A stretch of DNA of 60,000 nucleotides, taken from Felis catus. Its lineage: Eukaryota. Below are positions 23,201-36,700 of this stretch, one piece after another (the stretch's first letter is position 1; each line of letters begins with the position of its first letter). Under the pieces are notes generated by a model that was not told where the DNA came from, made no database searches, and saw only the letters and a program-made list of their open reading frames with translations. The stretch lies in the NCBI RefSeq assembly GCF_018350175.1, contig NC_058368.1, positions 87,918,001 to 87,978,000 of the forward strand. The letters run 5' to 3'. The translations under genes and the position numbers were made by a program.

Positions 23201-26200
23201 GACAGCTCACACTCCAAGGTCACCCTGTCCTTCTCTGTGGCCACTACATCCTGCAGAGGGCGGCTGAACCTCACAGGCAGCTCTGGGTTGGCAGGAAGGG
23301 GGAGGTGAGAAGCGGGGCCTGAGATGTGTGGTCTCACACAGCCAGTTCTGGGAATGACACCCCCCACCCTGCCCTTGCCTGGCTCCCCGGGCCTCACTGG
23401 GGACAGAGGCAGGTGCACTCAGGAGTGGCCCCCCCCCCGTGCCCACGCACCAGTGACCGTGAGCCGTGCAGACGTGTGCACCCCCTCAGCTTTGAAGGCG
23501 ATGAGGCCACTATCCTGTGGCCGAAGCCCCGACAGGATGAGGGTGTGGATGGGGCCTTGCACGGCCAGCTGGCATGTGGACCCTGGCTGCAGCCGCACAC
23601 TGTCTCGCGTCCAGCTGCCCTCCACGTTGTCGTGTGACAGCTCCACATCCATGGTGGCTGTGCCCTGCTCCCACACCTCCACCGCCTGCAGGCCCCGCAC
23701 AAGCCGGACCTGGCGCACTGCGGGACAAACATGGGGGTGCATGAGGCACCACCGTGAGACCCAGGCCCTTCAGCCAGCCCCCACTCACCTCCCCAGGAGC
23801 CTCAGAGCCAGCCAGGCATCCTGGAGGGAAAGGCCCAGCCCTTCCCTTCCTTCTCTCCCATCCTCCCTGCCTCCCGCCACCCCCCAGGGCCTGTCCCTCC
23901 AGGGAGACACCCCCTTCCGTCCTCCTTCCTTGACGCCCGACCCCCACGCCCAGCCTGCTGCTGCCACTCACTTTCCACGGTGAGCTTGGCCTGCGTCTTG
24001 TCGTCTGGAGTCTCACAGCCATAAAAGCCGCGGTCGGCAAAACCCACGCAGTGAAGAACCAAGCGGTGCCTGGTGCTCTCGGCGTGAATCTCCACGTTCT
24101 TGCCTGGCGCCAGGGCCACTGCGTTCCGTGTCCACTTGACCTCGGGCCATGGCCGTGTCAGCTCTACCTCCATGGCCACTGAGCTCCGCTCCTCCACCGT
24201 CTGTGGCTCCAGCTTCTTTCTGAACAGCACTGGAGCCTCTGGGGTCATGAGAAAGGGAGGTCATCGCAGCCACTGCCACTCCCAGGAAAGCCAGGGCACA
24301 GAGGGGCCTGACCTCCACAGTCGGCACAGCTGCCCCCACCGTGACCTCATGTTCTCACTCCACACTAGGCCCAGCTGCACACCTGTACAGATACAACTGT
24401 AGAGAAGGGAACAGAGGCCCCGGGAGCTGCTTCTTCCTCAGCCTGTCTCTCACCTCCCACTCTCCTACTCAGGACAAGCCCACCATGACCAGCAGCAATG
24501 GGGCACGGTTGGGGGGGGCAGGTAACACAGATGCTGAGCCCCCAGCCAGTCTGCCCCAAGGAGACCCTGGACACTCTACGTGAAGGAGTGAAAGGAGCCA
24601 GTCAGGTGCACCTCCCAGTCCCAGGCTCTGGATGACCTTTCCAGGTGTCCATGTTACTAACTCACTCAGAACCAGCAACAGGTCCCCAGGTGAGGTCCCA
24701 GCACCCCCCCCACCCCCAACCCTGCTTGCACTGGCTAACTCCACTCCCTCCCACCTTGCCGACCATGGGGCTCAGCTTGGGATGCCTCCTCCAGGCAGTC
24801 TCCCTTGATGGCCTAAACCTCTGCCCACCCACAACCAGACGCACCTTACAGAGGTTTACTTTGTCCCCTTCAGAGTAGGTATCTGGCCCCTGGGTCCCAC
24901 CTGAGTCTCCTTTCCTTAGCCAACAAAGCCCAGTGTTCCTCGAGGTCACCCAAACCAGCTGGACACAGGTTGGCATCAGAAAGCGGCCTTCGAACCAGTC
25001 CCCCTGGGAGGCCCTCCCACGTACCTCGCACCCGGAGGGCAGCAGCAGAGGAGACCCCCTCGGCCTCTGCGGTGATCTGGCCTGGGTCGTCCAGGGTCAG
25101 ACCCAAGATGGTCAGGCTGTGGCTCGCGCCACTCTGTGAGATGAGGAACTTCTCACTGGGCTGCAGCAACGCGCCATCCCGGAACCACCTGACTGCTGCA
25201 TCGCTGGGGGACACCACGCACTGGAAGGTGGCCTCCTGGCCTTCTTCCGCCACCACGGCGCTCAACCCAGACATGAACTTGACCATGCGGGGGGCTGCAG
25301 ACAGGGGTTTTGCTTGAGAGATGAGTAGGAGAGGCAGAGACCCCCCGCCCCATGCAGACACAGAGAGCACACACCTTCTCCAGGAAGGCCCCCAGATGCA
25401 TCTTCGCCCCTGCCTACCACTGACGGAGAGCTGCGCGCTGGTGCAGTCATCCCGGGTCTCACACGCATACTGCCCCGCATCCTCCAGCCGCAGGCCGGAC
25501 ACGGTGAGCGAGCGCCGGGGCCCTGCGGCTTCCATCTGGAAGCGCTTGCCAGCCCTGAGCTGCGTGCTCCCGCAGCGCCACACCACCTCGGCCTGCGGTG
25601 GGCTCAGCTCGCAGGCCAGCGTCACCGTGCCACCTAGCTCCCCGCTCACAGGCTCCAGGGGCCGGCAGAACTTAGCGGCCACCTCTGCGGGATGGAAGGG
25701 GGGTGTCAGCCGCGGGGCTTGGGCCAGGGGACAAACTCTGTGCCAACCAGTCATGCGCCCAGAGTGCCACTCCGGCTCCACGCCGGGATGCTGCCTACGC
25801 AACCTCATGGGAGACCTTCCAGCCCCACGGGCACCCCAGTGCACACGGGGCTCCCAGAGGACACCCCAGTCCCTCTGACCTTCCACCTGCACTGGGAAGT
25901 CCTGCCCATCTGTGCCCACGCGACAGCTGTACACTGCGGTGTCCAGGGTTTGCGCGCCGCGGATCGTCAGGGTGTGGGTGTCCCCCAGGCTGGCCGTTTC
26001 GTGCCGCTTGCTGCGGCGGATCTCCACGCCGTCCTTGAGCCACTTCACCGCGGCCACGGAGGGCGTAGCCAGCATGGCGGTCAGGACAATGTCCTCGTGC
26101 TCCCTGACCACCAGAGGCTCTCTGCGGCCAGGTCTCTCCACCGTGGGGGTCTCAGGCTCCAGCTCTGTGGGGAGATCAATGAGCATGAGAGCAGGGCCCT

Positions 26201-29200
26201 TGCATTCCTGGCCTCGCTCATCCCACCTAGGGGCTGCACCGGGGGACGAGATCTGAAATGGGATACACCCACCCCACCCAAACTTCCACTGCTCTGCTGC
26301 TGCCTGGCCCGTCCAGTCCTCCTCTGCTGAGACTCTGCTGAACAAGCCTGAGAGTTAATCCAGCAAGGCTCCATGCCACCTAACGGTCACTATCCAGGCT
26401 CCCGGGGGTGCGACAGGGTGGCCAGGAAGAGACACCTGGGGTCACGGGCCCGGGAGCCAAGAGCTGAGAGCCCAGCATCCCTGCCCAGCAGAGAAGAGGG
26501 GGCCTCATGAGCAGACACTGTAGACAGTGGGCAGCAGGCAGGTCAGAGAGACCACAGCCTGGGGCCTGGGCCCACATTACTGAAAGACATTGGAGCAGGG
26601 TCAGGAGAGGAGGCAGGAGAAGACAGCTTGGCCCAGACCAAGATGGGCATCAGAGCAGGGCAAGCCCGCAGGGCTGACTGAACATCAGCTGGACACTCGG
26701 GATCCCAAAGCAAGAGACAGGGAGCCAAGCCCCGCTGAGGGCAAACCCCTCAAGTAAGTCTCCCAGAACAGCGCTGGGCTCCAAAACTGTGCATGGTGCA
26801 TTTGCAATGGGAAACGTGTCTGCCTACCAACCCTAGACAGAATGGCTACGGCCACAGACCACAGGCCTTGGTGGTCAGGTTGTGTGGGGGTAAGGTGGGG
26901 ATGTGGCAGAGAGGGGCAGAAACTGGGGGACACAAATGTCGGGAATGTCCCAGAACAGGGGCTACAGGGAGTGTCTCCAATCCAAGGACCTGGGCAGTGG
27001 ACAGAGCCCTGGGCCGGGCCCGTCAGCAGAGACCCCAACACAGGTACAACACACAGTCCTGTCTGAGAAGGGCTCATTTCCTGATTTGTCAGGAGTTTAT
27101 ACCCTCTTCCCAATGCTGGCCCCCACCTGTAATGTTTAGGCAGAAGGACACCTTCTCTCCCCCAGCCTCACAGCTGTACTCCCCGGTGTCCACCTTCCCC
27201 GCCTGCTGCACCACCAGCCTCCTGCTGCAGCCTGTGGCCTCCATGCACACTTTGGAGCTTGCATTCAGCCTCTTCCCATCCTTGTACCACGTCACCTCTG
27301 TCTTGTCCTGAGCCACCTCGCAGCTCAGCGTGACACTGGCCCCCGCCTCAGCCTGCACCTCACTGCATGCCAGCTGCTCCTTGGCAAACATGGCCAAGGG
27401 CTCTGGGGACAGAGAGGGACACACAGGAACAAACACACCATCTAAGTTAGGAAGGCAGCACTGGGAAAGAAGAGGTAAACGGGATGGCTGGAATAGTCTC
27501 CAGGCTCTGCACGTGCATGGCTTGCAGGGTCCTTCCCACGTGGGCACGGAGTCCCCGCAGCTCCCTGCTGCAACCTACTCTGTGTCAGCATCTGCTGGCA
27601 ATGCAGGGAGAGTGGAACTGTACCTCCTATCAGTGCATGATTCTGTTGATACACTGCTGATTTCAGTTCACTGATATTCTGTCTAAATATAGGCCTGGAA
27701 AGCCATGACACACTGGCCTGCACTCTTTCCCCTGTCCCATCGTGTTGTACTACAGAAGCTACACTACCATGTAAGATGGGATAAGAGTGTATCTCCTTTT
27801 CTCTTCAAGAATGTCTGTGAACAGGATATAATTTCCAGAATGCCTGGAAGGATTTACCAGGCAAGTCACCAGGCTTCCATACTGTTCCATGAAGACACTT
27901 TGGTTCCTGCTTCTGTTGTTCCAATGACGCTGTGGGCATTGCCCACTTCTTACGTCCGTTGAGATTTGCTTTTCTACAACCACTAAGACCATACTTCACC
28001 ACTGTTCTGATTTTCTGGCATTAAAGAGTGCCAGATTCTCTCAAGTGACTTGTCAGAAAGACACACAACAGGTTTTGTGGTGTCCATACACACCCACAAA
28101 CCATGATGTACTGATACAACAGCAAACTGCTATGGGGGCCCCCAGGAGTCAGGCGGGGCTGCTCTGAAGTTCAATTTTCCCACAAGAAGGAAAATAAAGA
28201 TAGGTCACAGACTTGTCTGGAACCAGTCAGGAGGCATCAGTGTCCCTGAGCACCATCTGGAAACACAGTGGGATGGATACTGCCTTATCAGTCAGGGGCT
28301 GCTACCACTGAGTGTGCTCATGTCCCACAAGCCACTTACTCCTCTCCCTCCCTCAACCTGTACCTCATCCAGGGGGAATTCTGACACAGGGTATCCTAAC
28401 TGAAGACAAAAAGAAACAAGATTTGCTTTGAAAACAGCTCCAAGCCACACAGGTGCTCATCACAGGTGTTCAGCTACTACCACTTCGCCGCTCGTTATTT
28501 ATTTTGCCGAGATGCTGCAATAAACATCTATCTGTGTTTTGCACTGAGGGAGCTTCCACACCCGTGAGCATGGCCCAGAATACCTACAACCTCAATAACG
28601 CAAGTTCAGCCTCGAGATGATTCCAGCTATGATCAGAAGGCTGAAGCGTCCTCTTATCCTGGCTTACTGAAACCCAAACATCTCTTGATAGTGAGAACCT
28701 TTAAATGAGGCTATGGAAGCCACTAGAGCATCTGCAGGTGAGGACGTCTGGTCAATCTCAGCCCAGTGCACCACATAGAGCCTGAATCCCGGACGCCAAA
28801 GGAGCCACAGTACGTTCTGAAGGGGTGCTGGGGACAGTGGCTGAGCATGGCCATGTGGACACACCATGGGGTACCCAAGAGGAGCTCTCTCTTGTCTGGA
28901 CACTCTTCCCTTCCCACATCCGTGGGTTCAGCCACCAGAGTGAAATGGAAGGCAGAAGGCTGGGATCTGGGAAGAGCATCAGGGTCTGTCTGGGCTGCGC
29001 ACTAGTGCCATCATCGCTGGCAATCAAGGATAAAGTATTAGCCCCAGAACTGACCTGTGACGTCCAGGTGGAAGGACACCTTCTCTCCCCCGGCCTCACA
29101 GCTGTACTCCCCGGCATCCGCCTTCCCTGCCTGCTGCATCACCAGCTTCCTGCTGCAGCCCTTGGCCTCCACATGCATTCTGGAGCTGGCACTCAGCTTC

Positions 29201-30186
29201 TTCCCGTCCTTGTACCACGTCACCTCCGTCTGGGCCTGGGCCACCTCGCAGCTCAGTGTGGCACTGGCCCCCGCCTTGGCCTGCACCTCACTGAGTGCTG
29301 GCTGCTCCTTGGCAAACATGACCGAGGGCTCTGGGGACAGGAAGGGACACACAGCATCAAACACACCATATCCATTAGGGTCGCAGCACTGGGAGAGCAG
29401 GCCTGGATGAGGGTGCAGGGCCACAGAAACTCCTCCAGGCTCTGTGCTGGCTGCACAAGTACCCAAAGTTCACTATAGGCTCTACCACTGTTCCACATGG
29501 GGATGCTGGAAAAGACTTCGCTGTGCACACATACCTCTGGGAGAGGTGCAGGGGTGTTGCAATGCACACGCACCCCAGCCTTCCCAGGTGATGCAGTCTT
29601 TCCTCACAGTTGTGCAGGGAGCTGCTGCCGCTCCTTGCTCTCACCTACCCTGTGATGTCCACTGCTGGCACCTGGACATGTCCCTCCTGTGGTCTTTCCA
29701 CGTAAGTCCCTGATGACTCACACAGTGGAGCACCGTTCAGGTTTCTCTGACTCTTCTCTTCTGCAGTGTGGTATCATTGCAATGCCCTGTCTGGTTATCA
29801 GTTATTGCTACTTATGGCCTGTCCTTTACATATTCGTTTTTAGGAGCTCTTGCACTTGCATTAGAGCTTTGATAATCATGGTTTTGTGAATAATTTATCC
29901 ATCATTGTCACTTGCCTTTTCATCCCTTTGTGTCCTCTGATGATGTAAAGTTCTCAGTTGTGATTTAGGCAGGTATGTCAATGTGTCCTTTGTGGTTGGT
30001 GTGTTCATATTCTGTTTCAGAAATCTTTCATTACCCTGAGGCCATTAAATGTTGTGTGTTCTCTGCTAAGAGCGTGTTTTGTCTTTCACACTGGAATCCT
30101 AGCTTGGCTGGAGTTGGTACCTATGCGTGATGTGGGGGAGCCCCCCATTTTTATTATAGATAAATAGATCATTTGAGAGAGACATA

Positions 30187-30232
<46 letters not shown>

Positions 30233-30386
30233 CAGGTAGATGATGGATAGATATAGATAGATGATACATATATATGTAGATACACACATAGGTAGGTAGG
30301 TAGGTAGATAGGTAGGTAGGTAGGTAGGTAGATAGATGATCCAGATAGATGATGGAAAGATGGAGTAATGGATGATACAGATAGAT

Positions 30387-30429
<43 letters not shown>

Positions 30430-30473
30430 GATAGATAGATACAGATAGATGATATAGTAGATTATAGATAGAG

Positions 30474-30509
<36 letters not shown>

Positions 30510-30663
30510 GATAGATAGATAGACAGATGATCCAGATAGATGAGAGAAAGATGGAGAGAAAGAGAGAGAGAGAGAGAGACAGAGAGAGAGAGACAAAATC
30601 CACATAGATGATGGAAAGATGGAGAGATGTAAGACACAGATAGATTATATACAGATAGATAGA

Positions 30664-30702
<39 letters not shown>

Positions 30703-33700
30703 CAAAGTTACATAGTCTGAGCACCATTTATGAAAAGACAATCTACCTCTATACCATGTGCCAGAATTACAGAATAAAAATAATGGAAAAGGTGGGGTGG
30801 GGGGGTGCCTGGGTGGTTTAGTCAGTTAAGTGTCCAACTCTTGGTTTCAGCTCAGGTCATGATGTCACGGCTTATGGGTGTGAGCCCCATACCGGGCTCT
30901 GCAGTAGCAGCACAGAGACCATGCATTCTGTCACTGCTCCACCTGGGCTCTCTCTCTGCCCCTCCCCTGCTCTAGCTCCCTCTTTCTCTCTCTGAAAATA
31001 AATAAATAAACATTAAAAAATCTCCTTTTAAAAACTGGGAAAGGATGGGTGGGTGAAGCTGGTCACAGTACGGTCTATTTGAACCTTACCACTTGTCCCT
31101 TTGTGCTATGCACCTATCCCCAAGTTGCAACCTGATGTCTTCCTACTACAGCTTTATCAGTTATATTACTTCATTTTATATTTCTCCGGATTCACTGTAC
31201 AGTGTTGCACACAATTGTACCAGTGGAGCCATGTACGAGCTCCAGTTAGAAGGAGACACCCTGTGAATGTGATGTGCTATAGTTTTGTGTATCCTGCGTC
31301 AAATTAAGGAACAATCCTCTTATAGTTAATCAAGGACTTGACTACCTTGAATGTATGCTACATTTTATGAAATTCTTCTTCTGCATATAATGTAAAAATT
31401 TTATCAAGCAGTCATGTGAGAATAAAACAAAACAAAAAATGTGTTTTCCCTTTTAAGTTCTAAATATGACAGATTATACTGATATTCTAATGTTCTGGTG
31501 TTGGCCAATCCTGTGTTCTTAGGAGATGAGCTCAGACAGTGTGTCTGCACTTTGAGTATTGCACTGTTACTTGGACAATATTTTGTGTAAAATTTGGTAT
31601 TGACATGCATCCGAGACTGGCCTCCAATTGCAATTCTTCACACTTGTCCAATTTGGGTATCAATGTGGCGTAAAATGGGTTAAGAGTGTACATCCCTTTT
31701 CTGTCCTCTTAAAGAATCCTCCATGATCATGGGACAATTTCTTTCCAGAATTTGTAATTTGTAACCTATAATTCGTAAATTGTAACTTACCAGCAGAACC
31801 ACTGAATTTAATCTTGTCTAATGAAAAGGTTTTTTGGGATGGTTCCATTTTTTAAAAAAGTTATAAGATTGTTCACATTGTTTATATCTTCTTGTGGATG
31901 TTTTGATACAGTTTTCAAGGAATTGGACAATTTGCCAAAACTTTTCAATTCTACTTGAGTAAAATAGTATCACGTTCTACTGAAATGACGGGGTCAAAAG
32001 TGTTCCTAGTAAGTTTCTTACTATCTATACACATCTACAAATCATGTAATGATACACTACTGAAGAATCACACATTGCTATTAGGAGTCAATGTGGGGCC
32101 ACAGACCACCTATTTGAGCTTAACCTCTCTTAACTTAAAGTAAGTTTGCAGACATCTCTGTGAACCAGCCAGGGATGGGCATACGCGTGCATGCCCCACC
32201 CCCACACACACACCACTAGCAAATGCTATGAAATGAATACATAAATACTGCTTCACCAGTCAGTGGCTGCCACTATAGTAACTTATCTGTCCCAAAGTGT
32301 GCTGATTTCAGAGAAGCTACTCATTCTTCCCAGCTTCAAAATCTATGAATCAAACTCCAAGCACAATACTGACACAGAACATTCTCACAGAGACAAAAGG
32401 AAACTGAAATTTTCTTTCAAAAGAATGTTCCAGGGGCTCCTGGGTGACTCAGTTGGTTAAGCATCTCAGTCTTAAGTTCAGCTCAGGTCATGATCCCACA
32501 GTTCCTGAGATCAAGCCCTGCTTCGGGTAATGTCAACACAGAGCCTGATTGGGATTCTCTGTCTCCCTCTCTCTGTGCCCCTCCCTTGCTCATGCTCTCT
32601 CTCTCTCTCTCTCCCTCCCTCAAAATAAATAAATAAACATTTAAAAATTATCAATAAGTAAGTAAATAATGTCCCACATGCCAGGTACACATCCAAGTCG
32701 CATATCTCCCAGCCCTCTGCTCCTGGTTTACTATGTGCGGACATTGCGACAGAACAAGAATCGAGATTTGGGTACACATAGGTGCACAGGTAACTTCCAT
32801 GTCCACATGTGAGGCAGGAAGAGTGTCCCAAAATGACTGAAATTTTGGTAATGCCAAGTTCAGTCTCAAGATTACTCTAAGGTGACTGGGTTGGGTATCT
32901 GAAATGCACCTGTATCAGGTTCAAAGATATTCAGCCCTCATGTGGTGCTGGGTGAGGTCATCTGGGAGCTTCTAGAAGTAATTCGCATGCCCTGGGGTGA
33001 GAGACATTGGCTCTACTTTAGGCAGTGAAGCCAGATGGAGCGAGAGTACTGGACACAGGAACTCCAGGAGCATTACTCCATGGAAACATCATGCAGGGTG
33101 CACAACAGGGGTGGTGTGCCGTACACAGATCTTCCCATCCACTCTCCCAGGGCTTGGCCACAGGCATGAAGATGGGATATGGGAGATGTGAGGACAGGAG
33201 ATCTACTGGAGAGACCACAGGTTCTTCATAGCTGTCAGTCAGTCAACACATCATGCTGAAACAGGGCTAACATGGCACGCCACCACCACCCAAGTACTAA
33301 CCTGTGACATCCAGGAGGAAGGACACCTTCTGGCCCCCGGCCTCACAGCTGTACTCCCCGGCATCCGCCTTCCCCGCCTGCTGCACCACCAGCCGCCTGC
33401 TGCAGCCCTTGGTCTCCACGCGCACTTTGGAGCTCGCACTCAGTTTCTTCCCATCCTTGTACCATGTCACCTCCGTCTGGGCCTGGGCCACCTCACAGCT
33501 CAGCGTGGCGCTGGCCCCTGCCTTGGCCTGCACCTCACTGCGTGCAGGCTGCTCCTTGGCAAACACCACTGTAGGTTCTGAGGACAGGGAGGGATGCTTG
33601 GAGTCAAAGATACCATCCATGTGAAGAATGCAGGTCTGGGAAAGAAGGTCTAAACAGGGAGGCAGGGGGACTGGAACTCTCTCCAATCCCCGCATCAGGT

Positions 33701-36700
33701 GTTTTTAAAATGAATACAGTACAGTACTATAAATGTATTTTATCTTTCTTGTTCTTTTCTTAATATCATTTCTTTCCTCTATCTTACATTATTGTAAGAA
33801 TACAGAGTATAATACATATAACATGCAAAATCAACTATTTAAGTTATCGGCAAGACTCTCAGTCAACAGTGCACTATTAACAGTTAAGTTCTGGGGGAGT
33901 CAAAAGTTATAAGTGGATTTTTTACTGCATTGGGCACTACCACCCCTAATCCCTACATCACTGAGATCAACTGTGGTGATTTTCTACTGTTTTGAATATT
34001 AAACCAACTTTGCATTCCTGGACTATGACTTCATCAAAGCATATTTTTTGACATCTTGCTTAGATGACTTTGCCAATGTTTTGTTGAAGATATTGGATAT
34101 TGATATCCATAAGAGATTGGCCTATAATTTTAATCCTTCCTTCTTTCCTTGTCAGATTTTGGTGTTGATGTTATGTTAGCTCCATGAATCAAAAAAGAAT
34201 GTACATCTTTATTTTATTCTCTAGGATAATCTCCATGAATACTTTCCATAATATTTGGTATAATTTTTCAGCAGAGCTACTAGGCTTAGATCATTCTCTA
34301 TGAAAAAAAGTTTTATTACTGTTTCCATTTATTTAAACTTATGGGACTACCTGAGTTATCTATTTCTTCTTGTGTCACTTTTTCAGATGGTTTTCTAAGA
34401 ATTTGGTCAATTTATCAAAACTTTTCAAATTGATACCATAAAATAATATACCATATGCTCTCAAAAAAACATTTTGGAAAAATGTAGGATTTCTGGTATC
34501 TGTACACACCCAAAAATATTATATACTGATATACCATCACAACTATTATGGACTGGCAGCTAGGATTAATGTGGTGCTATGGCCCACCCTCCTCTGATGT
34601 TAAGACAAATTTAACAAAAGCAAAATAAATTTAGTCCTTAGACCTCCCCATGAAGCAGCCAGGAGGCACAAACACACAATACCCACTAGGAAATCCTATG
34701 ACATACTGCTATACCAGCCAGTGACTGCCACCACAAGGATTCATCTATAGCAGAGCATGGTGATACTTACTCCTTCCCATTTCTAAATCTATAAGTCAGA
34801 CTCCAAGAGGAATTATGACACAGAATGGCCTTACTGAAGACACAAGGAAACAAGATGTGCTTTAGAAAAAGAACTCCAGAACTTACATGTGCATGTCTCA
34901 GGCACAAATCTATCAACCCTCTAGTTCTGTTTACTTTGCACAGGAACTACAAGAAAACAGCGGTCTAGATTTTGCTACATACAGGTGCACAGATAACATA
35001 TATTCATGTGCAAAATAATACATTAAAACAAACAAAACATTAATAATCCAAAGTTTAGTTAAGATCATTCCAAGTATGATTGTATCATCAAAATTTCCCC
35101 TACTCTGGTTTAAAGGAACTGAAATGTCTCTCACTAGTAAGAACTCCTTACAGCACTGAAGGGGGCATCTAGGGAGCCCAGGAAAGCACAGGCACATAAC
35201 CAAGGTGTGAGATGCCTAGTCTACTTCAGAACCCAAACATGAAGAACAGCCATAGTCCTGGGCACTGAGGAACTTCAGGAGGGCCCTGTGCAGGTGCTCA
35301 GATGCATGACTGAGAGAACTGCTCAAAGACACAAAAATGGCCCCTCTCACTCCCTGAGCACCCTTCTCATTAAACTTCTGTCAGTCTAACCTTGGCTATG
35401 AAAATAGGAGGCAACAGGATGGCAGAGGGGAAAAGATGAAGAGTAAGGGAAGGAACATCAGAGCCTATGGGATCTGTAATGCAATTCCTCCATTATGTCC
35501 AAACAAGACTGTTAGTATCAAAAGGAACTGACCTGTGACATCCAGGTGGAAGGACACCTTCTGGCCCCCGGCCTCACAGCTGTACTCCCCAGCATCCGCC
35601 TTCCCCGCCTGTTGCACCACCAGCCTCCTGCTACAGCCCTTGGCCTCCATGTGCACTTTGGAGCTCACACTCAGCTTCTTCCCATCCTTGTACCATGTCA
35701 CCTCTGTCTTGTCCTGGGCCACCTCGCAGCTCAGTGTGGCGCTGGCCCCTGCCTTGACCTGCACCTCACTGCGTGCAGACTGCTCCTTGGCAAACACCAC
35801 TGTAGGTTCTGAGGACAGGGAGGGATGCACAGGGTCAAAGATACTGTCCAAATCAGGAAGGCAGCAGTGAGAAAAGACTGAATGGAGAGGCAGGAGAATT
35901 GAAAGTCTCTAGGCTCCATGTAAGAGTGAAACCATATGGTATCTGTCTTTCTCTGTATGGCTTATTTCACTTAGCATAACACTCTCCAGTTCCATCCATG
36001 TTGCTACAAAGGGCCATATTTCATTCTTTCTAATTGCCATGTAGTACTCCATTGTGTATATAAACCACAATTTTTAGCTCTGCAACAACTGTGTGACTTG
36101 GAGAAGCCCCACTGCCTTCCTAACGACAAGTAACACTATTTATCTGTACATTCTACCCCACTTCACCATGTGGGCTGTTCCAGGTGGGGACTACATTCTA
36201 CCACAACTCTGCTTGAGGTATTGTGGTGGTGGGGGGGGAGGGGGAATTCTGTAAGAGACTCTTGTGCACGTGGGATCTGTGGGGTCATTATGCCTGCACA
36301 CCTCAACATTTATAGATGATGCAAACCACATGACTTTACCACATGACTGCCTAAGAACATCCTCCCTGCAGTGCAGGAATGTTCCTACAGCCAGAATATT
36401 TGGTACAATTTGATAGTAGAGCCACTAGGGTTATCCAGTATTGTGTGACAAGATTGTTTATTATGGTTCCAATAATTTATAAGGTTATAGGACTACTCAA
36501 ATTGTCTATGTGTTCTTCCATGAGTTTTGATATAGCTTTCTTGATCAGTTGGTCAAAACTTTCCAAATTTACTTGCATAATGTTATATCATATTCTCAGA
36601 TAATCACATCACAAATACACACATAGGGTTTTAAACATTTGTAAACACTCACAAACCATTAACCCCCAATGTAATGCCAACATGTTATGTGAAGGCATCC

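Noticed and set aside
24870..26345. 491-aa ORF spanning three Ig domains as a possible single large exon
   Set aside because: Canonical AG/GT sites delimit 195- and 123-nt introns that are in frame and stop-free, which is plausible by chance in GC-rich DNA; the linker translations are not domain-like.
30086..30741. YLSI-repeat ORFs
   Set aside because: Translation of the (TATC)n microsatellite.
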